Of a DNA stretch of 45,024 bases, positions 8,123-16,033 are shown in pieces. The notes under the pieces were generated by a model. That model was not told where the DNA came from. It was given only the letters and a program-made list of their open reading frames with translations, and searched no databases. Made by a program: the position numbers and the translations under genes. Position 1 is the stretch's first letter, and every line of letters starts with the position of its first letter. Source of the DNA: an uncultured Phycisphaerae bacterium (lineage in GTDB: Bacteria > Planctomycetota > Phycisphaerae > Phycisphaerales > SM1A02); assembly GCA_937899935.1 (NCBI GenBank), contig CALCOW010000150.1, positions 1-45,024 of the forward strand, in the 5' to 3' direction.

Positions 8123-11100
8123 ATGCCATCGGGCCAAAAGACAACTTCGTCAGCAACAAATGAAACTGGGTTCGTACATCTCCATCTCCACAGTGAATAT
8201 TCACTCTTAGATGGTGGCAATCGAATCTCACGACTGCTCGACCATGTCAAGAAATCCGGTATGGACGCGGTAGCGTTGACCGATCACGGCAACTTGCACG
8301 GCGCCATTGAGTTTTATGAGCAAGCTCGCCAAAGGGACCTTCGCCCAATTATGGGCATTGAGGCATACGTCGCTGTTGGTAGCCGCACCGATCGCAGCCC
8401 AGGTGGAATTGCCGATGGCGGATTCCATCTTGTCTTACTCGCTGAGAACAATACCGGTTGGAAGAACATGATGCGTCTGTCTTCTGACGCGTTTCTCAAT
8501 GGGTTTTATTACAAGCCTCGCATGGACCGCTCGACGCTTGAGGCCTGGAACGAAGGCCTCATTGCCATCAATGGGCACTTGGGTAGTTCGCTTGCTTACC
8601 ACCTGTTGAAATTTGCAACAACTGGCCAAACCAGCCATTGGGACGAGGCCCTCAAAGAGGCAGCCTGGCATGCAAAGACATTTGCACCGACGAAGTCTGG
8701 CGAACCACGGTTCTTTGTTGAGGTGCAGCGAACTGATGTTGGCGAACAAGATCTTATTAACCCCCTCCTAATTCAACTCGCCAAAGAACTAGACCTACCT
8801 CTGATTTGTGACAACGATGCTCACTACCTCACCAGAGAAGACTATGACACTCATGACAGCCTCTGTTGTATTGCTATGGGGAAAGTCAAAAGTGACACAA
8901 AGCGCATTAGGTACTCACGAGAGCTTTACGTAAAAACACCGGAGGAGATGCGAAAGGTTTTCAAGGATCTTCCCGAAGCGATTGAAAACACAGTCGCCAT
9001 CGCTCGACGATGTCAGGTTGATATTGACTTCGAAGCGAACCACGCGCCAATTGTGCGTGTCGATGGACCAGCAACATCACCAACATACACCGAGGGTGAC
9101 CTTACAGAGTGGTACTCCGACTACTGCCGTCAATTTGAGCTTAAGCCGTTTGATGGTAATTGCGAGGGCACTGGCACTGAGCACGAAGTGCGCACCGCTT
9201 GTGACTCGGCGCTGAGGAACCTTGGTGAGGCCGGTTTGATCTGGCGATATGGTGAGAACGGTGTCACACCTGAAATCCGAGAACGCTTTGATCGTGAGTT
9301 AAAGGTCTTATCTGATAAAGGCATCAGTGCCTACTTTTTAATCTGCTGGGACTTCGTCAATTGGGCAAGGCAGCAAGGTATACCTGCTTCCGCTCGTGGT
9401 TCCGGAGTGGGCACCATGATTGGTTATACACTGGGCCTCTCAAACGCATGTCCCGTGAAATATGGTCTGCTCTTCGAACGTTTCACAGATCCTGATCGGA
9501 GTGAGTACCCCGACATCGATGTCGACATCTGTCAGGATGGCCGTGCTGCTGTGATTGACTATGTGCGAAAAAAATATGGTCACGTTGCTCAGATCATCAC
9601 CTTTGGACGGCTCAAGGCGCGTGCGGCACTTAAGGATGTAGCACGCGTCACGGGATGGCTCCCTGCTGATGGCCAACGACTGGCAAATCTTGTTCCCAAT
9701 GAGTTGAACATCACGATTGACCAGGCGCTCAAGAAAGCGCCGGATCTCAAACAAGAGTATGAGTCGAATCCAAGTGCCAGAGAAATTTTAGAGACCGCCA
9801 AGCAACTAGAAAATCACGCCCGACATGCCGGAATTCATGCGGCAGGTGTGGTCATTGCAACGCAACCACTCGACACCATTGTTCCACTTTGTCGTGCCTC
9901 TGGCTCGGAAGACGCTGTCACTCAATGGGATGGGCCAACCTGCGAACATGTTGGGTTGCTTAAAATGGATTTCCTTGGCCTACGAACACTCTCCACGATA
10001 GAACGAGCCAAGTTGCTCATCCGTGAAGAGTTGCCCGATGAGATTATCTGGGAGGCCACTGGTCGCTCTGATCACCACGGCCCTCATCCTCTCGATTTCG
10101 ATCATATGAGTTTTGAGGACCAGCGCGTTCTTGATGTATTTCGTCGAGGTGACACAAGTGGTGTATTTCAATTTGAATCTGGTGGCATGCGGCGACTGCT
10201 GCAAGAAATGAAGCCAGACCGTTTCGAAGATTTGATTGCTGCCAACGCACTCTACCGACCAGGGCCGATGGACTTGATCCCAGACTATTGCAATCGAAAG
10301 AATGGGAAGCAAAACGTACCTGCCATTCATGAGATTGTCGATAAATTCACCGCTGAAACATACGGCATTATGGTGTACCAAGAGCAGGTCATGCAGATCC
10401 TACATGAGCTTGGCGGCGTACCTCTTCGGGCAGCGTATACGGTCATCAAGGCCATCAGCAAAAAGAAACATGCGACCATCGACGCCGAGCGAACCAAGTT
10501 CATACAGGGCGCGAAAGATCGTGGACTAGAGCCAAAGTCATCGGGAGATCTCTTCGATCTGATTCTTAAGTTTGCTGGCTACGGCTTTAACAAGTCACAT
10601 TCAACAAGCTATGCGATCATTGCCTATCAAACAGCTTTCTTGAAGACCTATTTTCCGAGTCAATACATGGCCGCTCTGCTGACCTATGAGAGCGCTGCTC
10701 GCAAGACAGAAGATTGGGCGCCATACCTCGAGGAATGCAAAAATACACGCTTTCCAGATCACACCGATAAGGACCCACACGTCGGGGTCACTGTGCTTCC
10801 ACCTGATTTAAACCAATCACTCGCCCAGTTTGCTGTGGCGTTTGATGAGGGAGAAACCAGAGATCATCTCCACGGTAGTGTACGTTTTGGTATTGGTGCC
10901 ATTAAAAATGCGGGTGCTATAGCCGTTGAACATGTTATTGAAGAGCGCCTCGTAAATGGTCCCTATAAATCACTCTTTGACTTATGTACGCGGACCGACC
11001 CTCGAGTGGTTACCAAGTCAACTCTAGAGGCGTTCATCAAAGCGGGCTGCCTCGACTCGATCCATAGTGTTGACGACCGGGCGGCAATGTTGGCGGCACT

Positions 11101-11920
11101 CGATGATGCTGTTGCCGCAGGGCAAGAGGCTGCTTCAGATCGACGCAGTGGCCAAATGTCAATCTTTGGTGGTGGGGAAGAGACCTCTGATACAAGTGCT
11201 GACGAGCGCCCGCTCCCCGATGTACCGCCATGGGCCCGTATCGAAGCGCTTGGTTATGAACGAGAATTCCTAGGCTTCCATTTATCTGGGCATCCACTCG
11301 ATGAATACGAGGGGATTATCAACCAGTACTGCACAACACAATCTAGTCACTTGAGTGCATTGCGCCATGGCGAGCCGGTCACGATCGCTGGAATGCTCAC
11401 ACGCATTCGCACGCTGGTTACCAAAAGTGGGCGAAGCGCTGGACAGAAGATGGCCATCATTTCTGTGCAAGATAAAGTCGGGCTCTGCGAAGGCGTTGTT
11501 TTCTCCGCTCCATATCGAGACTTTGGGGAAAGTCTTTTGGTCGATGCTCTGGTGATACTCCAGGGGCGCGTTGATCTCGAGCGAGGCGAACCTCAGATCA
11601 TTGTTGATCGTGTTTATCCCGTCGAGTCAGCGGCGCAACACTTAACACAACATATTGAAATTGATTTCGTATCCGCTACGGATAGTGAAATCCTAGAGCG
11701 GTCTATGCGATCTGTGGCCGATCTGATTAAGCGATCCAATGGCCATGGCGGTGGGACGCCGGTCGACATTTTCCTAAAAGTCGACGCCGATGGACAGCAC
11801 GTAGTACTTCGCTCTGGAAACATGCGAGCCGTCGCAGACGACTCGCTTCTTCGGAGTATCGGCGGGATCATTGGCCACGAGAATGTGCGTGCCGTTGCCG
11901 GTCGCTACGCACGAAGCTGA
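8123..11920 (+). CDS. dnaE: DNA polymerase III alpha subunit
   Basis: N-terminal PHP domain FVHLHLHSEYSLLDG...ALTDHGNLHGAIEFY, polymerase core (GSGVGTMIGYTLGLS, PDIDVDI, LKMDFLGLRTLS), HhH region and OB fold (VTIAGMLTRIRTLVTKSG). The track ORF starts at 8072. I prefer ATG at 8123 (MPSGQKT...), which gives the usual short leader before FVHLH. Confidence 0.95.
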   Translation: MPSGQKTTSSATNETGFVHLHLHSEYSLLDGGNRISRLLDHVKKSGMDAVALTDHGNLHGAIEFYEQARQRDLRPIMGIEAYVAVGSRTDRSPGGIADGGFHLVLLAENNTGWKNMMRLSSDAFLNGFYYKPRMDRSTLEAWNEGLIAINGHLGSSLAYHLLKFATTGQTSHWDEALKEAAWHAKTFAPTKSGEPRFFVEVQRTDVGEQDLINPLLIQLAKELDLPLICDNDAHYLTREDYDTHDSLCCIAMGKVKSDTKRIRYSRELYVKTPEEMRKVFKDLPEAIENTVAIARRCQVDIDFEANHAPIVRVDGPATSPTYTEGDLTEWYSDYCRQFELKPFDGNCEGTGTEHEVRTACDSALRNLGEAGLIWRYGENGVTPEIRERFDRELKVLSDKGISAYFLICWDFVNWARQQGIPASARGSGVGTMIGYTLGLSNACPVKYGLLFERFTDPDRSEYPDIDVDICQDGRAAVIDYVRKKYGHVAQIITFGRLKARAALKDVARVTGWLPADGQRLANLVPNELNITIDQALKKAPDLKQEYESNPSAREILETAKQLENHARHAGIHAAGVVIATQPLDTIVPLCRASGSEDAVTQWDGPTCEHVGLLKMDFLGLRTLSTIERAKLLIREELPDEIIWEATGRSDHHGPHPLDFDHMSFEDQRVLDVFRRGDTSGVFQFESGGMRRLLQEMKPDRFEDLIAANALYRPGPMDLIPDYCNRKNGKQNVPAIHEIVDKFTAETYGIMVYQEQVMQILHELGGVPLRAAYTVIKAISKKKHATIDAERTKFIQGAKDRGLEPKSSGDLFDLILKFAGYGFNKSHSTSYAIIAYQTAFLKTYFPSQYMAALLTYESAARKTEDWAPYLEECKNTRFPDHTDKDPHVGVTVLPPDLNQSLAQFAVAFDEGETRDHLHGSVRFGIGAIKNAGAIAVEHVIEERLVNGPYKSLFDLCTRTDPRVVTKSTLEAFIKAGCLDSIHSVDDRAAMLAALDDAVAAGQEAASDRRSGQMSIFGGGEETSDTSADERPLPDVPPWARIEALGYEREFLGFHLSGHPLDEYEGIINQYCTTQSSHLSALRHGEPVTIAGMLTRIRTLVTKSGRSAGQKMAIISVQDKVGLCEGVVFSAPYRDFGESLLVDALVILQGRVDLERGEPQIIVDRVYPVESAAQHLTQHIEIDFVSATDSEILERSMRSVADLIKRSNGHGGGTPVDIFLKVDADGQHVVLRSGNMRAVADDSLLRSIGGIIGHENVRAVAGRYARS

Positions 11921-11933
11921 GGAAGAGCTGTTG

Positions 11934-13079
11934 CTAGGCAGCCATTCCTCCCTGCCAACCGTCTTGCTCGTTGTCAAAGTCTATCTCATCACTTGCTGCT
12001 TGGTCAGGCCATTCCTTGCCTCTATGGTGAACGCGAACAATACGCTCTAAGTGCGTCGCGAAGATCTCCCGAATCAACTCCAGCGCACCAGATTGCTCTG
12101 GGTCGAATGGAGTCTCTTTGTTTCGGAAGAGAATGACGACCGCCATAGATCCTTTTCGCGTACGACACGAAAATGCCATGAACTGCGCTTCAAGTAGTGA
12201 TGGTGTCTGTACCTGAAGGCCCTCTAAGAGTTCTTCCGCATCCTCAAACAGAACAATGTCCTTCTCTTTAGCAAGCTTGGGGCAGACAACTTCTGCATAC
12301 GCTTGAAGGAGAGGATCAGCGCTTTCGCGCGGACAGTCGAGATTCGCATAAGCCCCGAGACCATATTGGTCATTGCCCTCAGGCAAAAAGATAGCCCCAT
12401 TGGTCGGACCAATCTTCGAGATGAGATAAGAGAGTGTGGTCCTCAACGCCTCTTCGACATCAAGGTCCTGTCTCAATAACGTGCGGTATTCTGAAGCCGT
12501 CACAGCATCTTGTACTTGTTGATCAACATTTGCATACGCGGCGGCCAGTTCTTGGCATAAACCCTCAACTTGTTCAGCAACCTCGTGACGAGCTGCTTGA
12601 AGTTCGCGACACACGCTTCTTAAGCGTGCAAGGCTCTGCTCACGTTGACGCTCACGGCGCGTTTTCATAAGTGCCGTCTTAACACGATCAAACACGTCGC
12701 TCTTCTCAGACTCGTGGCACAACACATCAACAGCGCCCATGCGTGTGGCGTTCACCACGAGGCTCCAGTTTGACTTCGAGCTAATAATGATTGCTTTTGT
12801 GGTAGGAGCAACTTTCTTTGCAACACCAAGAAATTCCAACTGGCTCTCCTTGACATCTGTTGGCGCATAGAGAAGCAGGTCAAACTCGCCAACCCGAAGG
12901 CGCTGCTGCGCATCATCGGCTGAGCATGTATGCACGCACTTATGAGGACTGTCCTCCATCAATCGGCGCATCGCATCAACTTCAGATTGCGAACGGCTAT
13001 ACACCAATATTGATCCTGGCCCCACTGAAGGCTCAGATTCTCTTAAGACGCGTGAAATTTCTTTATCAAGAGGCTGCAT
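11934..13079 (-). CDS. receiver-like domain / coiled coil / GAF-like domain protein; receiver lacks the phospho-acceptor Asp
   Basis: Track ORF is 11934..13151. I prefer ATG at 13079 (MQPLDKEI...), preceded by GGAGG. Receiver-like fold: ILVYSRSQ...FDLLLYAPTDV...AIIISSK...GAVDVL. A Gln/Arg/Glu-rich coiled coil follows (RRERQREQSLARLRSVCRELQAARHEVAEQVEGL), then a GAF-like C-terminal half (LSYLISKIGPTNGAIFLPEGNDQYGLGAY...MAVVILFRNKETPF). Confidence 0.7.
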   Translation of the reverse strand: MQPLDKEISRVLRESEPSVGPGSILVYSRSQSEVDAMRRLMEDSPHKCVHTCSADDAQQRLRVGEFDLLLYAPTDVKESQLEFLGVAKKVAPTTKAIIISSKSNWSLVVNATRMGAVDVLCHESEKSDVFDRVKTALMKTRRERQREQSLARLRSVCRELQAARHEVAEQVEGLCQELAAAYANVDQQVQDAVTASEYRTLLRQDLDVEEALRTTLSYLISKIGPTNGAIFLPEGNDQYGLGAYANLDCPRESADPLLQAYAEVVCPKLAKEKDIVLFEDAEELLEGLQVQTPSLLEAQFMAFSCRTRKGSMAVVILFRNKETPFDPEQSGALELIREIFATHLERIVRVHHRGKEWPDQAASDEIDFDNEQDGWQGGMAA

Positions 13080-13157
13080 ATCCCGGTCCTCCCCGGTATT
13101 CGACCTGCGACATGTCCCTGGAGTCGTCGCTTTTACCACACCACTTATCAACTACAA

Positions 13158-13751
13158 TCAATCATGAAACAACTGATTGACACGGATCAAGAGCTTCTCT
13201 GAATCAAATGGCTTTTCGACAAAGCCATCAACACGATGCTCCTGATACACCCTCACATCGTTCGGTAGCTCGTCTCCCATAACCAGAACTTTGGGATCCT
13301 CCAAACTTGATGTAGATTTGATCCTCCCACATAGTTCTGCAATTTCGTTTGATCGTAGAGAACTGCCAATAAGAACCACGTGAGGCCTGAATTGTTCTGA
13401 AAGAACACCCGCATCAAATTCAGAATTTGCCACTTCAACATTAAGACCCTGATCGCTGGCTAAGGCATTGATGACAACGCCGATTGATTTTGAATCAGGC
13501 GCGATCACCAAAATGCGTCTGCCATTCTCGGTCAGCGCCTCTGTGGGAATATTGTTTTCCTGCATGAAGCAAATGAGGTCCTCGCGGGGAATCCGGCGAA
13601 AACGAGAGCCTGGAACCCGAAAACCACTGAGACGCCCATTGTCAAAGCAGCGAATGATCGTCTGTTGCGACAGATTACAGACCTCAGCAGCTTCACCTGT
13701 TGTGAATACCTGCTTACCCTCCCAGCCTCCAGACTGTTCCGAACGACCCAT
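13158..13751 (-). CDS. excisionase/MerR-like HTH (HTH_17-type) DNA-binding protein fused to a receiver-like domain lacking the phospho-acceptor Asp
   Basis: Track ORF is 13158..13796. I prefer ATG at 13751 (MGRSEQSGG...), which has GAGGAGG 6 nt upstream. HTH: FTTGEAAEVCNLSQQTIIRCFDNGRLSGFRVPGSRFRRIPREDLICFM. Receiver-like: RILVIAPDS...PHVVLIGSSL...KVLVMGDE...GFVEKPF. Confidence 0.75.
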   Translation of the reverse strand: MGRSEQSGGWEGKQVFTTGEAAEVCNLSQQTIIRCFDNGRLSGFRVPGSRFRRIPREDLICFMQENNIPTEALTENGRRILVIAPDSKSIGVVINALASDQGLNVEVANSEFDAGVLSEQFRPHVVLIGSSLRSNEIAELCGRIKSTSSLEDPKVLVMGDELPNDVRVYQEHRVDGFVEKPFDSEKLLIRVNQLFHD

Positions 13752-14000
13752 TTCATGCCTCCTCGAATTCACTACCACTTCACCTGATTCATGCAAATCG
13801 CATGGGTTACCGCATTCAATACAGTTTGCCCAACTTGCCTGACCTACCGATCGGTGACAATGGGGCCTAACTTCAGGTTGTCGAGGAATCCATCTTTAAT
13901 CACAGACGGTATGACCCGAACCCCCAACTCAAACGTACGCTGAACCCCAATCTTATCGGACACAAACTGATCGGTGGCCAAAATGACCCCGCCGTGTGAA

Positions 14001-14672
14001 TCAACCGTTCTTAAAGAGGCGAACAGCCTCGGCCTCTCGTGGATACAGGGGCTGCAGTTGATCTGGTGTCACGGTTTGACCATTGAGGAGCATTTTCTGG
14101 CCTGCGAGCAGGCAATTCGAGGCATCAAGTCTCGGTTCAACAACATCAAGGCACTGAAGCGCTGCTTCTGTTCGAAGCGATTGAGGAAGATATGAGTCTG
14201 CAACCAAACACTTTAAGCCAGCAAGATTGACGGTCTCCGCAGAAACCAGTTCGCCTTTGTCCAGACAAGTCCAATCAATGCTTTGCAGGTCAAGTCTTGT
14301 TGCCCAAAAGGTATCTCCCTTACAAGCCAAGGCAACCAAAATTGGTCCGGCGACTGAGAGACTCTGAACCGCTACCAAAGCAGAAGGGACTGCAACAAGC
14401 TGAACTCCAAGAGATAGGCCAAGCATCTTCGTTACAGCAACGGCAATCCGCAGTCCCGTAAAACCACCAGGACCCACAGAGACAGCCGTTGCCGTTAGAT
14501 CTGTCGGTTTCATCTGTAAGCGGGAAAGGAGTCTATCAATCGCGGGCAGAAGATCATCATCACTTCGACGATCACTTTGAACAGACTCCATTTCTGCAAA
14601 GCCACCGTCAATTCCCACGGCCACCGAAGCAGACCTTTGAGAGCACTCAATAGCTAACATCACTTGTCTCAT
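14001..14672 (-). CDS. tsaB: tRNA threonylcarbamoyladenosine (t6A) biosynthesis protein TsaB
   Basis: 223-aa ORF. MLAIECSQRSASVAV (TsaB-type N-terminus) and VSVGPGGFTGLRIAVAVTKML (the conserved GPGSFTGLRIG block). The ATG at 14672 overlaps the upstream stop (ATGA). An internal Met at 14660 is an alternative start. Confidence 0.8.
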   Translation of the reverse strand: MRQVMLAIECSQRSASVAVGIDGGFAEMESVQSDRRSDDDLLPAIDRLLSRLQMKPTDLTATAVSVGPGGFTGLRIAVAVTKMLGLSLGVQLVAVPSALVAVQSLSVAGPILVALACKGDTFWATRLDLQSIDWTCLDKGELVSAETVNLAGLKCLVADSYLPQSLRTEAALQCLDVVEPRLDASNCLLAGQKMLLNGQTVTPDQLQPLYPREAEAVRLFKNG

Positions 14673-15628
14673 GGAGAGGCGCCCCGATTCACCAGTGTTG
14701 TCAGCTGAATAGACTGAGCGACTGCTTGGACGGCGCTAGGAATCTGGGTTAAGTCGATCACTACGGCAGCACCTTGTGTGTGATCAGAGTTGAGCATCAA
14801 GAGATGCTTCCCTACCGACTCTGCTCCTGATTCAACTTTCGCATGCCCGATGCAAACAAGCTCAACCCCAAATCTTTCCCGAAGAGACATGATCTGTGAC
14901 TCAGTTTGGCTGCGACCCCACACCAATTGGTAAGCAGCGCCTCCTGGACCTTTCCGATCTGTTTCGGTCATCGGCCTTTCCAGAACAGAGAAATCGAATC
15001 GCTCCATGACTCTCGCAGGTGGCAATGAATGACTACACCAGAGACCTCGCTCAGTAAGCAACGCTAATGGCAACGCTTCAATAAAACAGTTGATCGCTTC
15101 GGAAACGTCCACCCAAGAATCGCCGTACACAAATGTGAGTCCATCGTTGAACTGTTGTACGTTATCACCAGAACCACGGCCAACTGAAGTTCCCCTCAAT
15201 TGAGACAACTCGTGGTTCGCAAGAATAACGTGAACTTGATCTGGCCATGCTGCAACCAGCTCTGCCACCCGCGCCAACGCTCGATGCGTTAAATCAACAT
15301 CATTCACCAGTGGTTGGCCATGAATAATCTCTTGTAGTAGTAAGTGATTATTCGGTGAAGAGCTCAGGTCGGCCAGTTGCACTAGTGCTTCGAGATGTGG
15401 AATGTTGCCGTGTAGATCGCCCGTCACAACCATTTGGCCGGCTGCAGGAAGATGTAATGCTGAGCCTTGGAGATACTTCGATGTTCGAACAACCCCGGCG
15501 CTTCGCTCAAATAACTCAGCGACCTGCTTGGGATCTCGAAGATTAATTGTGGTGTTCACGGACCAAGAGCATACGGTGATCCGGCACGGTGCGTTGTCTT
15601 TCGCCTGTTCAACATCAATCACAGGCAT
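14669..15628 (-). CDS. calcineurin-like metallophosphoesterase, divergent PPP-type
   Basis: 319-aa ORF. GDxHG motif (VVTGDLHGNIPHLEAL) and GNHE-like motif (ILANHE) are present. The position of the second metal motif GDxxDRG reads LLLQEIIHG. Translationally coupled to tsaB. Confidence 0.72.
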   Translation of the reverse strand: MPVIDVEQAKDNAPCRITVCSWSVNTTINLRDPKQVAELFERSAGVVRTSKYLQGSALHLPAAGQMVVTGDLHGNIPHLEALVQLADLSSSPNNHLLLQEIIHGQPLVNDVDLTHRALARVAELVAAWPDQVHVILANHELSQLRGTSVGRGSGDNVQQFNDGLTFVYGDSWVDVSEAINCFIEALPLALLTERGLWCSHSLPPARVMERFDFSVLERPMTETDRKGPGGAAYQLVWGRSQTESQIMSLRERFGVELVCIGHAKVESGAESVGKHLLMLNSDHTQGAAVVIDLTQIPSAVQAVAQSIQLTTLVNRGASP

Positions 15629-15840
15629 CTACTCGATTATTCAAGGCCACGGAATCAGTCGCCGCTCCCCCAACCCACAAGCAACCCAGGCCAATGGCAC
15701 CTAGATCTTCCCTCCTAAGCCAGCCGTAAAACAAACGACGACTATTCCGCATAGGGACTTCCGTGACCCACAAGTCGATAGCCGTTGAGAGCTGTTCGGC
15801 GAGCCGCCTCTTCCTCTTCTCTCGGCGTGAAAAAACTAGC

Positions 15841-15857
15841 GAATACATTTTGTATTC
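15841..15857. promoter_or_regulatory. perfect 17-bp palindrome GAATACA-TTT-TGTATTC, candidate operator
   Basis: Read directly from the sequence. It lies in the 405-bp non-coding gap, about 213 bp upstream of the phosphoesterase-tsaB start codon. It has the size and symmetry of a dimeric transcription-factor site. No binding protein can be assigned. Confidence 0.3.
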
Positions 15858-15979
15858 ACTCCCTCGACATTTCTTACACGTTTCTGAGAATTCTGGCTCG
15901 TTGGCAAACAGGTCTTCGTTATCGACCTTACTTATTCAATACTGACCCAAGAGCGAGACAATGCAAGCGTAGACACAAG

Positions 15980-16009
15980 AAAAGACGATTGTTCTTCATT
16001 GTCTTTTTT
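15980..16009 (-). terminator. weak A/T-flanked hairpin, possible bidirectional intrinsic terminator downstream of the methyltransferase gene
   Basis: AAAAGACGAT (15980-15989) pairs with ATTGTCTTTT (15998-16007); this is 10 bp including one G-U, with an 8-nt loop. An A-run lies on one side and a T-run on the other. It starts about 25 nt after the MTase stop at 16034. The stem is AT-rich, so stability is low. Confidence 0.3.
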
Positions 16010-16033
16010 GTTGCTGCGCGTAACCACTTGTCA

